Shown in pieces: positions 13,038 to 25,536 of a DNA stretch of 64,000 bases. Both the position numbers and the translations under genes were made by a program. The stretch comes from Tubulanus polymorphus. Lineage: Eukaryota > Animalia > Nemertea. Every line of letters starts with the position of its first letter. The first letter of the stretch is position 1. The stretch covers positions 6,409,950 through 6,473,949 of the forward strand of contig NC_134026.1 in the NCBI RefSeq assembly GCF_964204645.1, given 5' to 3'. The notes below the pieces were generated by a model. It did not search any database. It saw only the letters and a list, made by a program, of their open reading frames with translations, and had not been told where the DNA came from.

Positions 13038-14322
13038 GGCCAGGTTTATCTCTGGTTTTAGTGCGGGGAGCCATGGACTCGAGAGTCCATGGTTGTGGAC
13101 CATAGACGTTTCTGTTTTAGAGTCTATGGTTGGATCATGGATGTATAAACTCTAGTTTATAAGTTTATACGTCCGTTTTTGAAATACAGTCCACGTGTTT
13201 GAGGAGCTTACGTTATAATTCCTCGAGCACAAACCTGGCATTTTGTAAAATTGCTGTACACTGTATGAGAATAAATATGATTGAAATTCTTTATCTGTTG
13301 AGCTACTCTGAACTTGTTAGTTCACCAGTCAGTGGTTTTTGTTATCTTGCAATCCACCTCTTTTTTCAACCCAATATTCCCACCAACATTGTGCGGAGAC
13401 GAGGATATCCGGAAAACATGATAATTGAATATTGGCAATACAGCTTACCACTTCCACCCGGACACACTAACACTTGTTGACCGGTTAGAAGCGAGTGTTG
13501 AGCTGCCGAAGAGTAATCACGAAATTAGCAATCATTTTGATTGTCACTATAGCCATCAGGGGCGAATCCAGACTGTATTGCCCAATACATTGTTTGTACG
13601 GTCTAAAATTTAAGTGCCCTTCGGCAATATTTTGCTTATTCATCGCTTATTCGATGAGACGCCATTTTAACCCGGAAGTATCTCGTTTTTATATAAGCAA
13701 ATCGCTTTGGATTTACAAATCCACCTGTCTCGCTGATTTGATAAATCGATTTGCAGTTGGATATACGCGTGGATTAGTAACCAGTGCTGGGAGACTTGAT
13801 TCTTTTCCGCCATCTTTACTCTCCATGTAAATCTACTCAAATCAGTTTGACAAATCAAGCAAATCGCCCCACTAGCAATTTGCTTGATTTATCAAATCGA
13901 TTTGAGTAATCATTTTAATAAATGCATTGATTAGCTGAATCGATTTGATAAATCAAGTAGATAAATGCGCAGAATTTACTTTGGTAAATTGATTTGACAA
14001 ATCAACATCTAGATAAAAACTGAAGGTATAGACCGGCAACCAGTCTACCGGTAACCGATCTAACCAGTAACCAGTCTACATTTATTTTCTCTTGCGGGCG
14101 AGGTTCGAATCCCACAATATCTCATTACAACCTATCATATCCAAGGAGCCACTGTTGAATTATATTGAATAAACTTATCACGAATTATTCAATGTGTATT
14201 TGAAATAAACAAATTATAAAACAATCACTTTTTGCTAATTTTCCGACATTTATTATACACTATTTTAACACTTTTTTCGCACAGTTTTCAGAAATCTATT
14301 TCCCGGCATTATCCGTCGACGG

Positions 14323-15079
14323 TCATTCGTTTGGATTGATATCGAAATCTTTCATCGTTTCGTGCAACCAAATCCATCGTCCGAATATTCCGACATCGAT
14401 CACCGAATCTTTATAATCGAGCCATTTACGTTTCAGGGGTTCGCAGCGAGCCTCGTATAGATCGACGTGCTTCGAGTGATCCGCGTGATAAATCACCGAA
14501 GCGACGCCCAAATTGAACCGGCGAATTTTCTCGTGGTCGTACAGTCTAAGAGCGTTTTGCGCGAATTCGTCCGACTTGGGATTTCGAATCGGTTCGCCGA
14601 TTAGTAATAACTCGAGTTTGTTGCGGAGTAAACCGTCTCTGAAACTCTGTTCGTCCGGGTTCGTTTTGATGAGCGTCACGAGTCCCGCGACCCCGGTCAG
14701 GTAGCAGGCCGTCTTAAACGGGTTCCCGCGCATGTCGTCTTTACATTCGATAGCCACCATTTTGTAATCGTTATACATCGTGTACAGATAATCGTCTAAA
14801 AGAAATTTCAGAAAATTTTTAAGCCGACATTTTAGTGTGATCAATAAAACGAGAAATTTATATTAGAGTTGAATCGAATAAAGTATTGAATTGAATTAGT
14901 TACTAAAATCCAGATATCGGTTCCAATTTACGCAAGAATCATTAAATTCATTTTAAAGAAATATAGATCGATAACTTACACATCTTCTCAATGCGACCTC
15001 CTTTGTATTTTTCGGGTAATTCGAACTTTTTCAGGCGAAATTTGGAAAACAATCTCGACGTCCGACTGGAGGCTGCCAT
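14323..15079 (-). CDS. TIMM29: Mitochondrial import inner membrane translocase subunit Tim29; 2 exons (15079-14980, 14795-14323), ~190 aa
   Basis: Exon 1 MAASSRTSRLFSKFRLKK (basic presequence-like) splices in frame via GTAAGT/TTTTAG. Exon 2 carries DYK.VA..., NPDEQSF, LLLIGEPIRNPKS, NLGVASVIY, LYEARC, VIDVGIFGRWIWL...MKDFDINPNE, typical of Tim29. Confidence 0.88.
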
Positions 15080-15421
15080 CTTGGATTATTTTCAGATCGC
15101 GCGATTCGTGATCCAAATGTGGCGTTTCAAATTCAATTAAATTTATTGTGGCCTACCCTATCCCATTCTTTATTGATGATATCTGCATCCTTGTAGAGGT
15201 TGTATGATGATAGAATGGTATTTTTTGTTAGAACAATTAACACTGATTCATTGTCATTGAAATGAACTGACTGATAGACAGTCTGAGTCAGTCAAGAAGG
15301 GTTATTTACAATTTTCGTACTGTCAGTCAGTGTCGTCACTGTCCTGTCAGCCAGCTGCATCAATCACTATTATCACCAGTCAACCAGCCTGCTGCACAGC
15401 TACCAGTCTAGTCTACTTGAA
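15080..15421. promoter_or_regulatory. Putative bidirectional promoter between TIMM29 and the RRM/F-box/LRR gene
   Basis: Only 342 bp separate the divergent ATGs. A YY1-like GCCATCTT overlaps the TIMM29 start; TCGCGCGA palindrome; many GTCA/TGAC motifs. Confidence 0.55.
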
Positions 15422-18400
15422 ATGGAAAAGTTGCGTGATCTGAATAATTCTCATCAATCTGATGCTGGACTGAATTCATTATGTGACGCTATGCAAGAAT
15501 TAACGGCAGCAGCTGCAGCACCATCAGCAGCAGCAGCAGCAATTAATACATCATGCATCAATCAGCAGCAGCGAAGTGATGACGCAATGTTGTGGAATGC
15601 TGAAGTGTTAGATATAGAAATACAATGTACGAAGTGTCAAAGAACAGTACTGAGTTCGTCGAACCAGCCGTGCCTCTGTGAGGATCGCAATATCTATGAC
15701 ATCGAACAATTAGATAATAATCCGAAAATATTTGTAGGAAATGTTAGTTTTAAGGTCAGTGCATCGATAATCGATAACAACTTGATTTCTTAAAAAACTC
15801 CTTTTGAAAGACGCAGACGCTTCCTGGGAACGAAATTCTCTCTTTAAAAGCTCCTTTAAAACTTCTGAGCCCTAATATCAGGGAATGACTGATCTGTATG
15901 GACCCTTCACAAATCTTGATTAAATCTTGATTTCTTAAAATCTGATTTTATTGCTGAATTGTTGTTACAGGCGTCGTGGCACGAACTAGCTGATTTCTTC
16001 AGTCGTTACGGAAAAGTTGTTCACACTTACATCGTTAAAGATCACAGAACTCATAAACCACGAGGGTAAAATCAATGATTCTTTTATTTATTGATATTGT
16101 GGAGAACAGTTGCACAGTCATGGCTTAGATTTAAGGTCAGTCAGTCTTAGACTAAGAGCGGCGGACCAATCTACCAACTTAAGACCAGTCTCAAGATCTA
16201 AGACCACTTTTCAACTTAAGTCACGACTGTGCAATATATCCCTGGTTATGATTCCATTCTTGAAAGTTATTGAGACTTCAAATTTCGTTTTTCAGAATTG
16301 CATTTGTAACGTTTCAATCAAGCGAAGGCGCCCTGAAAGCATTGACGGCGCCTGCAGACGAACTTTACTTCCAGCATAGGTAAATCAATAATTCATTGAT
16401 AAACCAATCAAAATTAGTCGAATTACATCCTCTTAATTAAAGATGAGGCTTCAGAGGAATGTCAAAATTCATCAAATATCTTATGCTAGTCTCATATGAC
16501 CATAGACCTGAGTCTATGGTCATATTCTTGTCTTTATGTACCTTTTTGTTTTCAGGCATTTAAGAGTTCATCACGCTGAACAGAAACGAAGAGATATCAC
16601 AAACAAAGTGAAACTACCGGAGATCAATCACTTTGATGCTCCTGCTCCGGCTGCTGTATCTGCTGCTGCTGATCCGGGTGTATCCGATCAACCAGATGCC
16701 ACTGGTTTACAAATCACCGATTTAAACGCTGATGATTTGCTAATTATATTCTCATATTTGACTCCACGGGAAAGAATTCTTATTGAAAGAGGTAAAAATA
16801 CAGTAAATATGAGTGAAAATGGAGTAAACATGAGATATCTCAAAAACAAAATACTGATACGGACAGTGGACACTTGTTATAACGCACTCTGTATCAGATA
16901 ACAAACTGAGATGTTTGTTCCATGTTAGGGTCACTAAGTTGAACTCTAGAGTCAAAAATCTCAATGAAAATGTGGAACTTGCTCTTACTCGACAGAAATA
17001 TTAAAAGATGTTTTTGCAGTTTGTAGATTGTGGAGGTCTCTATCGTTGCAATCCTGGTCATCATTTAATGAATTATCGTTACAAGGTTTGAACCCTCGGT
17101 TCGGCGGTGTGTATCAGTTCACTTAATATGGTTTTTTATGCTAGTGCATCGCGTATGTTTAAATACTACTATCGGTTATTACTTGAACAGGTTTTACTGA
17201 CAGACAATTCAAGCAGATTCTTCTCAGAACGAACAATTTGAGGAAACTGGATGTGACTGGTTCTTCAATGTTATCCGATCACGCTTTAACATTAATTGGT
17301 AAGTATTCATTCAGCTGTAGTGATGATGCATATATTGATAATGATTTTAATAAATTTCGGTTTATGGTTCGTTATTGTACGTTTTATAGGTGATCACTGC
17401 TCAAATCTAACTCATTTGAATATATCAGGCCTTCATGCAACGAATACTTCCATTAAAGTACTTTCAGAAAAATGCAGCAAATTAGAGGTAAGACATCAGC
17501 AGCATAACACACTCCCAAAAACTGATCGTTCACACTTGTGAATGTCTGAAAATTCCAGTCTGCAGATTGATGCCTACATCAATTTATGATATTCACTAAT
17601 CAATACAGCAAATTTTTTCTCCTAAAGTTCAAACGCATTTTGGTCTTGTTTCAGTCGATAATAATGAGAAGATGTTATGATGTTAGTGAAAAAGGGTAAG
17701 AATTCTTCAATGGAGAATCCACTTGTTACATATACACATATGTATAATGCTGTGTTATATTCGTGCTATTTTTAGTTTGTGGTGGCTTTTTAAAAACTGT
17801 CAAGATCTTCGTAGTTTGAATTTGGAAGACAACATGAGGATAACAGGACAGGTGAATTTATTATACTGCTAGAATTGCTGAAAATATAGTTGGAACTGTC
17901 AAACGTTTTAAAAACGGTTTGTTTGGATTATTTTAGTGTCTTCATATGGCCGGGCCTTGCCTCGAACAAATTGTCCTCGATTCCTGCGGAAAGGTACTCA
18001 ATTTTCAAAATAGTTTCTACATCTAAACCTCGAGCAGGAACAAGAATTTTTAACAAAGTAGTTGGTTTTGATTGAATATTTTAGCTGCAAACAGTCGCCA
18101 TACAAAAACTGGCCGAAAAGTGTCCGAATTTAAAACATCTTTCTATAAATGATTGTATGAAACTCATGGATGAAGCATTTGATTATATCGAACAGGTAAT
18201 TTACAATAGACAAATGACTACTTTCATCGAAAAACATCAACGTTTTGCAAATTTCTCATTTCGCTTTTTCTTTCAGATGCAAAATTTGCAAGTCCTGAAG
18301 ATCGGAGGCTTTTTCCATGAAAGTCAGTTTTATCCTTATTCAGTCATTTAATGAAGTGAATCTAAATTTGCGATTTGTATACAATTTTTTATGTGATTTA

Positions 18401-21089
18401 TTTTACAGTCACAACTACTGGTCTAAGGAAAGTCGGCTCGCTTAAAAACCTTGTAGGTACAATGCAGTATACTCCGCCAAAAGGATTATTCGACTTGACA
18501 GTATTTGAGTTAAGAGGTGTCTACTGTACTTAATCACTAAAATCCTGTGGATACCAGTTATTTCAAAGTGTTCAGTTATTTGTATGACTTTGAAGTGAAG
18601 AAATAGGATTCCTACACAATTATGTATTAGTGAAACTACAATTATGTATTAGTGTCTCCAAAGGTCATTTGGCAGTAGAGCTTTTAAGCTCAGTGCTCCA
18701 GCTATGGAATGTTTTACTCTCCAGTATTCGAGAGTCCTCATTTGTCGATGCTTTTAAATGAAATCTTAAAACGTATCTTTTAGGAAAGCTTGTACCTTCA
18801 TATGTAAAATGCTGTGATTATTTTGTAGTCAAACGCTATATAAACGAGTAAATTGTTATTTTGTTTTATTGTGTGAACATTGTAGGACAGTCTCTACCTC
18901 ACAAACAACAAGTCAGTAGATGATGCCGTTTTACGCTCAGTTGCTTTCAAACGCAATAATCTATGGTGAATATTTCCACTCATTTATTGATGAATTTGAT
19001 ATGAACGTCTATAATTACATGTTGAAATTTTCGATGTTTTCTAGTGTGTTAGATATAATGGGCTGTCATCAGAATATCACCGATGTAGGATTAGGTTATT
19101 TGTCTCATTGTCCTAATCTTCAATATCTGAATGTCAGTTACGTACAAAAGGTAAGTGGTAGTTGGGTAAATAAGAAGTAGAAAGTCTGATCAAGTCATTC
19201 ATTAAGGATTAGATTTGTTTGCCTTGAGAACGATATCCAATTTGGCAGTTGAGTAGAATCCGCTTAATTTGGATCATTTTGGACCAACAGAATTCATCTG
19301 GTTTAGGGAAATCTTGATTAAAAGTAATTTTCATGCACCATTAATGAACAAATGGACAGAAAATATTGTCTGGAATAGACCAAAATCTGGATTAAGCGGG
19401 TTTGTACATGTATACACATCCCAAAATATTTCAATTAGGATCTGACTTGACCCGAGATTACTAAAGCTGTTTTGATGTCATTATGAATAATAGTTTTCAG
19501 ATGGTAATTTATCTGCTATAGCTGTGAATGGAAATCTAAAACGATTGATTATAAGAGCTTGTCCTGAGATAACCCTTGAAAGTAAGTTGGTTGAATTATG
19601 CATTAAAACTCAGAAGAATTCAGATCCAGTTGCACCATTCTCGGTTGAATTTGAATCATCTTATAGAGTTAAAAGCAGTTCCTATTTTCAATGTTTTAAA
19701 TGTAGAGTCACATTGTAATTGTTACCTGTGGATATCAATATTGCGTCATCATTAATTTTATGTTTCGTTCAGGTATAGCGGAGTTAGCAAAATGTTGTAC
19801 AAAACTGGAAGAACTGGACATCAGTGGAAACAGTCAACTAAATAATAACACAATTGAATTACTGAGCACAGAATCATTGAAGCAAGGACGACCTCATCTA
19901 TCGGTGATTGTAGGTGGTAAGTATTTGTCCGTCGAGAGGTTTTAACAGATTTTTTTATTCAAGACCCAGGGCCAGTTGTGCAGTCATGGCTTATATTTAT
20001 GATTGACTAGTCTAACGCCATCGCGCTTCTAACAAATTCAGACTTAACACCGCTTTCGGACTTACATCACAACTGTGCAACTTTGGCTTTAGTTGCAGGG
20101 TTATGAGTTAAGATTTGGTGCTTGAGTTAGTTTATTATCAATTAATCGAAAATGAACTTAATTCAAATCTTGAATTGAATCTCAGAGCTGCTGTATTGGG
20201 TCCCGTTTGACTTTACGATCGATATTGGTATTGTTTTTAGGTACAGAAATCGATATAGAAAATACAGCATTTCACAGCAATATAACTGTTTGTCCGGTGA
20301 ACTTATCGCGATCTTACCTCCGTCCAGATCGAGATCTCATGTTGATTTTAGGAGGTAAATTCACAAACTCTTCATGAAATTTCAGAATTTCATTGTTAAA
20401 CGAGAAAAATTTTCCTATTCCTGAATCAACACGTAATGATATGGTGATTGTTTCAGAAGATGACGATGATTTTATAGATGAGAATGGACCACTGCCTCCA
20501 GCTATCGTTCAACAATTTGGAATACCTGCCGGTTTTGAAGATGGTAAATATGATGCACACTTTGTGCTATAGTTTCAGGTTGTTTGTTTAGTGCCTCTCT
20601 GTACCCATCTGGAACATGGGATACAACTAACCAGGGGGTGTACCTCCCTGTTGTAAAAATATGATCTTCAACCCATAGTTACTGGGGCGGATCTAGGGGA
20701 GCGTGGGGGTCGCGTTGCCCCCTTTTTCGGCCGCGTGACCTCGGAATTTTCTCCCCAAGAATATTGTTTAGAAAATGGTGTAGCTTGTTAGCACGTTTCA
20801 TTCCTGATTTCAACACTCAGAATACACCTAAATACAATTTTTCAAAAATTTTTTCTTAATTTCATGGCTCCACCACAACACAATTCAAAATTATTGTAAG
20901 AATTGTTTTTATTTTCCAGAAATCGAAGAATTCGATGATTTTTGTATGGATGATTATCACGATGATGAATTTCTAAATTTTCCAGAAATCGAAGAATTCG
21001 ATGATTTTTGTATGGATGATTATCACGATGATGAATTTCTATTTAATGATGATCCTCTCGAAGCGGAAAGATTTGAATTCATGTCATAG
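15422..21089 (+). CDS. RRM + F-box + leucine-rich-repeat protein (C. elegans EEED8.10-like architecture), multi-exon, acidic C-terminus
   Basis: RNP2 KIFVGNV; next exons ASWHELADFFSRYGKVVHTYIVKDHRTHKPRG / IAFVTF (RNP1); F-box ITDLNADDLLIIFSYLTPRERILIERVCRLW; AMN1-type LRRs (CSNLTHLNISG, CPNLQYLNVSY, CTKLEELDISGN); many GT-AG introns; TAG at 21087-21089. Confidence 0.85.
16106..16235. mobile_element. Short MITE, intronic (CAGTTGCACAGTC...GACTGTGCAA termini)
   Basis: Imperfect terminal inverted repeats; related copies at ~19968-20090, ~55021-55152 and 59761-59875. Confidence 0.7.
19252..19412. mobile_element. Tc1/mariner-like MITE remnant, intronic
   Basis: AATCCGCTTAATTTGGAT...ATCTGGATTAAGCGGGTT imperfect inverted termini. 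Confidence 0.5.
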
Positions 21090-21666
21090 AGAGTGAGTGC
21101 TCGTGATCGAGTGTGTGCGTGTTAATACATGTCTCAAAATACTTTTTATAATCAGATGAATAAATGAATATATACTTGATACTTGAAAAAATCGTTTGGG
21201 TTTTGTAAATATCAGAATTTTGAAACGATCGACGGATTTATGGTCGTGGCAGTTGGATTCGAACGTATGGGTTAGTCTAGAGTTGATATGTGTAAGTTTG
21301 ACCATTCAAAATAGGTATTTTCTGCCAGTAACTCGAAATGTAAAAGGATTGCAGTCTTCGTCATTTGCCGAGCTAAGCAATAAATCTTTAAATAATATGC
21401 CAAGCAGCAAAAGCAGGTTTTCTGAGCTACGGGCCAGAACTGGCCACTTTTCATTGATAATGGTTTGATCAGTTTATGGACTGTGGAAATGGACAATGAG
21501 AGTCATTCAATTGCAAGGCTCTAGTAGCACAGTATCAAGGACCTTCTTTGAAAATGAAAAGAATAATCAATTCATGCAATACTGTTCTAAGTTACTGTAG
21601 ATTTAAAAAAAAAGAATTGGTATGAAATGACCTCAAAATAAACGTGTCCATGAAGATTGATGACAC

Positions 21667-21727
21667 GTTTCGTAGCAACGCCGGGTTGCTAATGGCAGTA
21701 TCTAGGAGATACGCGTTGCCACAAAAC
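21667..21727. promoter_or_regulatory. Cluster of RFX X-box-like motifs
   Basis: GTTTCGTAGCAAC, GTTGCTAATGGCAG, GTATCTAGGAGATAC and GTTGCCAC within 60 bp, 130-190 bp upstream of the ATG at 21855. Confidence 0.45.
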
Positions 21728-21854
21728 ACATTTCGAGTTTGTCTTCAGCTTTGTGCAGTTTACATTCGAGGAAACTCGTGAATTTTCAATCGAAAAGTTA
21801 TATTTCGAGTGAGTTTTGACTAAAAGACGTATAATTTAAAACTTCTGTGTTGCA

Positions 21855-23305
21855 ATGGAAGCCTATCAGATCACAGAGAGAGATGGAGGCGCGGTCCATC
21901 GGCTGAGTGGTGAGTATTTCGAATTTCTTTCGAATATATAAACATTTTTCTATGAACAGTTTCATGTCATATTTGTAAGCTATCTTTTTTGTCGAAAAAA
22001 GCTAATCATTTTGTGGTTCTTATTTCAGAATCAAAGAAAAATAAATCAGTTGATTCGAAGCCGGTGAAAAAGGAAAGAACCCCGACGAACAGTAACGACG
22101 AAGGGTCTGCTATATCAGCGATGTTAAAGAATATGATGAATCCGGAATACATGTTAAACTTCGACGATATCTTTCAAACCGACGACGCGGCGCAGAAAAT
22201 GATTCCGCCAACGCCGAGTATCGAAGGAAGTTTCGGCGATTGGAACGGATTCGCAACGACTCAAATCGGAGACGAAATAGTAATAGAAACGACCGAACAC
22301 GACACGGATATCTCTCGCCGACCACGCGACGATTCATATACTCGATCAAAACAGTTTGACATCGAAAAACCAGACGATTTATTTATTCCTACAATTCCAC
22401 TTACCAAAAAAGCTACGAGTACGTATGAACAACCATCATCGTTTCGTTCTTTTATTATTATTACTAATCAAATTCTTATCTACATTCGCTTTCTGCCCAT
22501 TTTGATCTTGAAATAGGGATTGCCCCTGTTTATGATTTAGTGTCCCTTGCAAACCCACAACACTTGCCGGGAGTGAAACAGGGGGTTTGATTTAGAAATC
22601 GGAAATCGAAGTTCAGATATAATTGTGTGATCGGTGGCCGACGTTTTACAGAATCCGAATCTTTTGTACATAATTGGATGATTCGCTTCCGGTTCATTCA
22701 AACAATCTTCCAACCAGTCTGAACCGGCAAGTGACTGATTAACGCAAACACGCACACTCCAAATATACTCGCAAATTCGAGTGTGCCGAGTGAATACATT
22801 GTCTGAAAGATTGAGCCCAAACTACCTTGTTAGATCTCAGTGTTCCTTTAGTCATAATATTCTAGTTTAAATTCAATCACGTGTGCATTCAGATCTTTTA
22901 ATGTAGGCATATGCGGTCTTAAAACTTTGGAATGTCTTGCCTTGATTTAAAAATAATAGGACATTTTTATGGTCTTATAACTGATTTTTTTCCCCAAAAT
23001 TTACATACCCGTATTTCAATCGACTTTTATTACCTATCGGCGTGTGAAAATTTACTTTTAAATGTTTTAAGAGCAAAAATAGCAACGACTATGATGAATT
23101 TTTTTTTCTTTTACATGAGAATCTTATGATTTTGACTGAAATTGCGATCATTACAGATAGCGAAATCGATGCTCACAAAACGAAGAACGGACCACGCCGA
23201 ACGATTGCGAAACGTATTAAGAAATCGCTGTCTAGAATATTCAGATGTATGAATCCATTTCATCTCCGACGTCGCCAGTACACAATCGAATCACAATCGT
23301 CCTGA
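21855..23305 (+). CDS. Uncharacterised 3-exon gene (21855-21909, 22029-22418, 23157-23305), ~197 aa
   Basis: ATG, GTGAGT/TTTCAG and GTACGT/TTACAG junctions are all phase 1 and join into one open frame ending TGA; acidic/Pro-Thr middle and basic C-terminus (RRTIAKRIKKSLSRIFRC). No recognisable domain. Confidence 0.65.
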
Positions 23306-25130
23306 TTATTTGTAAAATATTTTTAGAATATACCATTTTAGATATATGAAGCAATATGTGTAGTTTAACGTATATTTTCGTTTGTAGTTTGAGAAAATGA
23401 CCCTGATCTCCTTCAAACGTAGACCTTGAGGCTAAATCTGAAATCTGTTAAATAGAAATCTTCTTCTTCGGTTTCGGACCCATAAGAGTGACAACACCTT
23501 TTCGGACAATGCTGCCTCTTTTTGAACTGGAAGTCCAGGAACTACTTCCAGTGCGCAGTTCTGTTGATATACGGAATTATCTAAACTGTAGTTTAAATGT
23601 TGACCGACAACAAGTGAAACTGTGCAGAATCCTGTATGGGTATGTTGGTGTTTGGCCACACTCAGAAAAAACACACGACAAAAATGGAGTGGTTCAATTT
23701 GTGATGCATTATTCTTTATTCTAACGCAGTAACAAATACAAGATATGATTTTGATTTGACTAGAAATTTACAATTTTAGCAAGAAAAATCTACTCCAATT
23801 ACAAAATGCTGATGAATCTGTTCATATTTCTGCGGCAAAAAGTCTATTATTATCAATCGAATCCGTTAGTTTTCTTGAGGCTTTCGTCGATTTGGAAGTT
23901 GGCCAACAGCCCGAACCAGAAACACTTATCCTATGATATAATTTCAGATGTCTGTCGATATTCTACTTCGAGTTGTACTTCAGTGATATTTTTTATCGAA
24001 CACCTGAAATTAGAAAACAAAGAAAACAACATTAATTTAATAACTATATTCGGAAATTGGAAAAATACAAAAATGGTCGCGGTAGTGTCAATGTTATCTG
24101 TAATCTACGATCTATTAAACAAATGCTGTACGTGCGAAATCTAGGTACATTTACAACTTCAATGTTATTGGTTGTATTTGAGGTGCGACCTTGTCAAAAT
24201 CGACACGTATTCAACATCTTAATCTATTTTTAGCATATAAAACACACCATTAAGATTTTACAGGTTCTTTTTTTTGTGAACGGGCCAAAATTCAATACAC
24301 ATTTTCCTTTTTTTCATTCGCTGGTGGTCGTGTGTGTGAAACAAATTCTCAGAAGAAACCCTCATTCAATTTTTATGTTCGTTCCACGGCTACGCCTTGA
24401 TCTCTTCACTTGGAAAATTGCCACCGATGAATAGAATACCTCCCTTTTCGTTTTGTTCAATTAAGCAAGACGAGACATTTAAAAAAAACTCGTTCGACAT
24501 TTCGACAATTTTTTGCCTTAGATATTCTATAAATAGACCTTTATCGAAATACGCATATGGATTTCAGAAATCTTTGTGTCGATCGCAATATTCGACTTCT
24601 CGGAAAATCTTTTCAAATCGATTTACGTTTTTTTTGTTCGAGTACAATCTACACATTTTGTCCCCCTTTTGTGCGAGATATTTCCGACAGTGCTGTAAAG
24701 CATTTCTATAAAGCCCTAAATGTACTTCACTATTTCGACACGTTCTATTCGAATTTAGTAAAACAATTACTTTGATTACGCCATGTCATTTTTCAGAAAA
24801 ATTTCGTATTTTGATATTTCTAATTTCGAAATTTAGAACATGATATCTTATTAGGTTATTACGTTAATCACATTGAAATTGTCATCTAGTTCTAAGACTA
24901 GGTTCTGTAATGTAGCGATAATAAAGTGATAATTTTGATTATGATATTTTACAAGAACTGTAAATCTCGATGACTAATATACAATTTACAATTGAACGAT
25001 CCTCAATCATATCCCATCTTACTGAATTGTATGGCCTACCAAAAATCTATATATTCAACTCAACGTGTGAAAAATGTGTTTAATCATTAACAAACAAGTG
25101 AAAAGAACAAGAAGCTAAGTGATACTTACT

Positions 25131-25536
25131 GTATAAGGTCCTGACTTTCATCCTTGAATCTTTTTGGCTTCGATTCTGGCTTGAGCTGTTGGTCACGATG
25201 ATTTCGCATATCGATGAATTTTCATAAAGTTCTTGCTCTTTGTAGCGAGAAATGCATTTTCTACAATAGTTCAGTAAGTAAAATCTAACCAGCTCGTGAA
25301 AGTTCGGGTTCCCCGGCGGGGACTGCAGCGGCTGTATTTGAAGTACTAACTTTGCGTCGTCTCGGAGCAGCCGGAACCCGTGTCGCTCGACTGATGTCGA
25401 ATGTATCTACAAGATTTTCGTCGCTCCGCGATCCTCGCGTTAGAACGTACACGAAACAGCCCAAATAATAAACTCCCATCAGCAACAGTTCAATAAAAGC
25501 CATAACCAGCACAGCGCATGGTAAATACAGATGCAT
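25131..25536 (-). CDS. Possible small membrane-protein gene; structure unresolved
   Basis: ATG after AAA, hydrophobic N-terminus (LPCAVLVMAFIELLLMGVYYLGCFVYVL), and an exon-like block at 25260-25131 bounded by TGTAG and GTAAGT. Phases could not be reconciled. Confidence 0.3.

Noticed and set aside
13071-13092. CCATGGACTC-GA-GAGTCCATGG palindrome as a terminator or regulatory site
   Set aside because: Eukaryotic context, and it sits among similar GAGTCTATGG motifs of a decayed repeat; no support for function.
24560-24570. Selenocysteine TGA in the interrupted minus-strand frame
   Set aside because: No redox motif context, no start codon or splice structure, and no recognisable SECIS.
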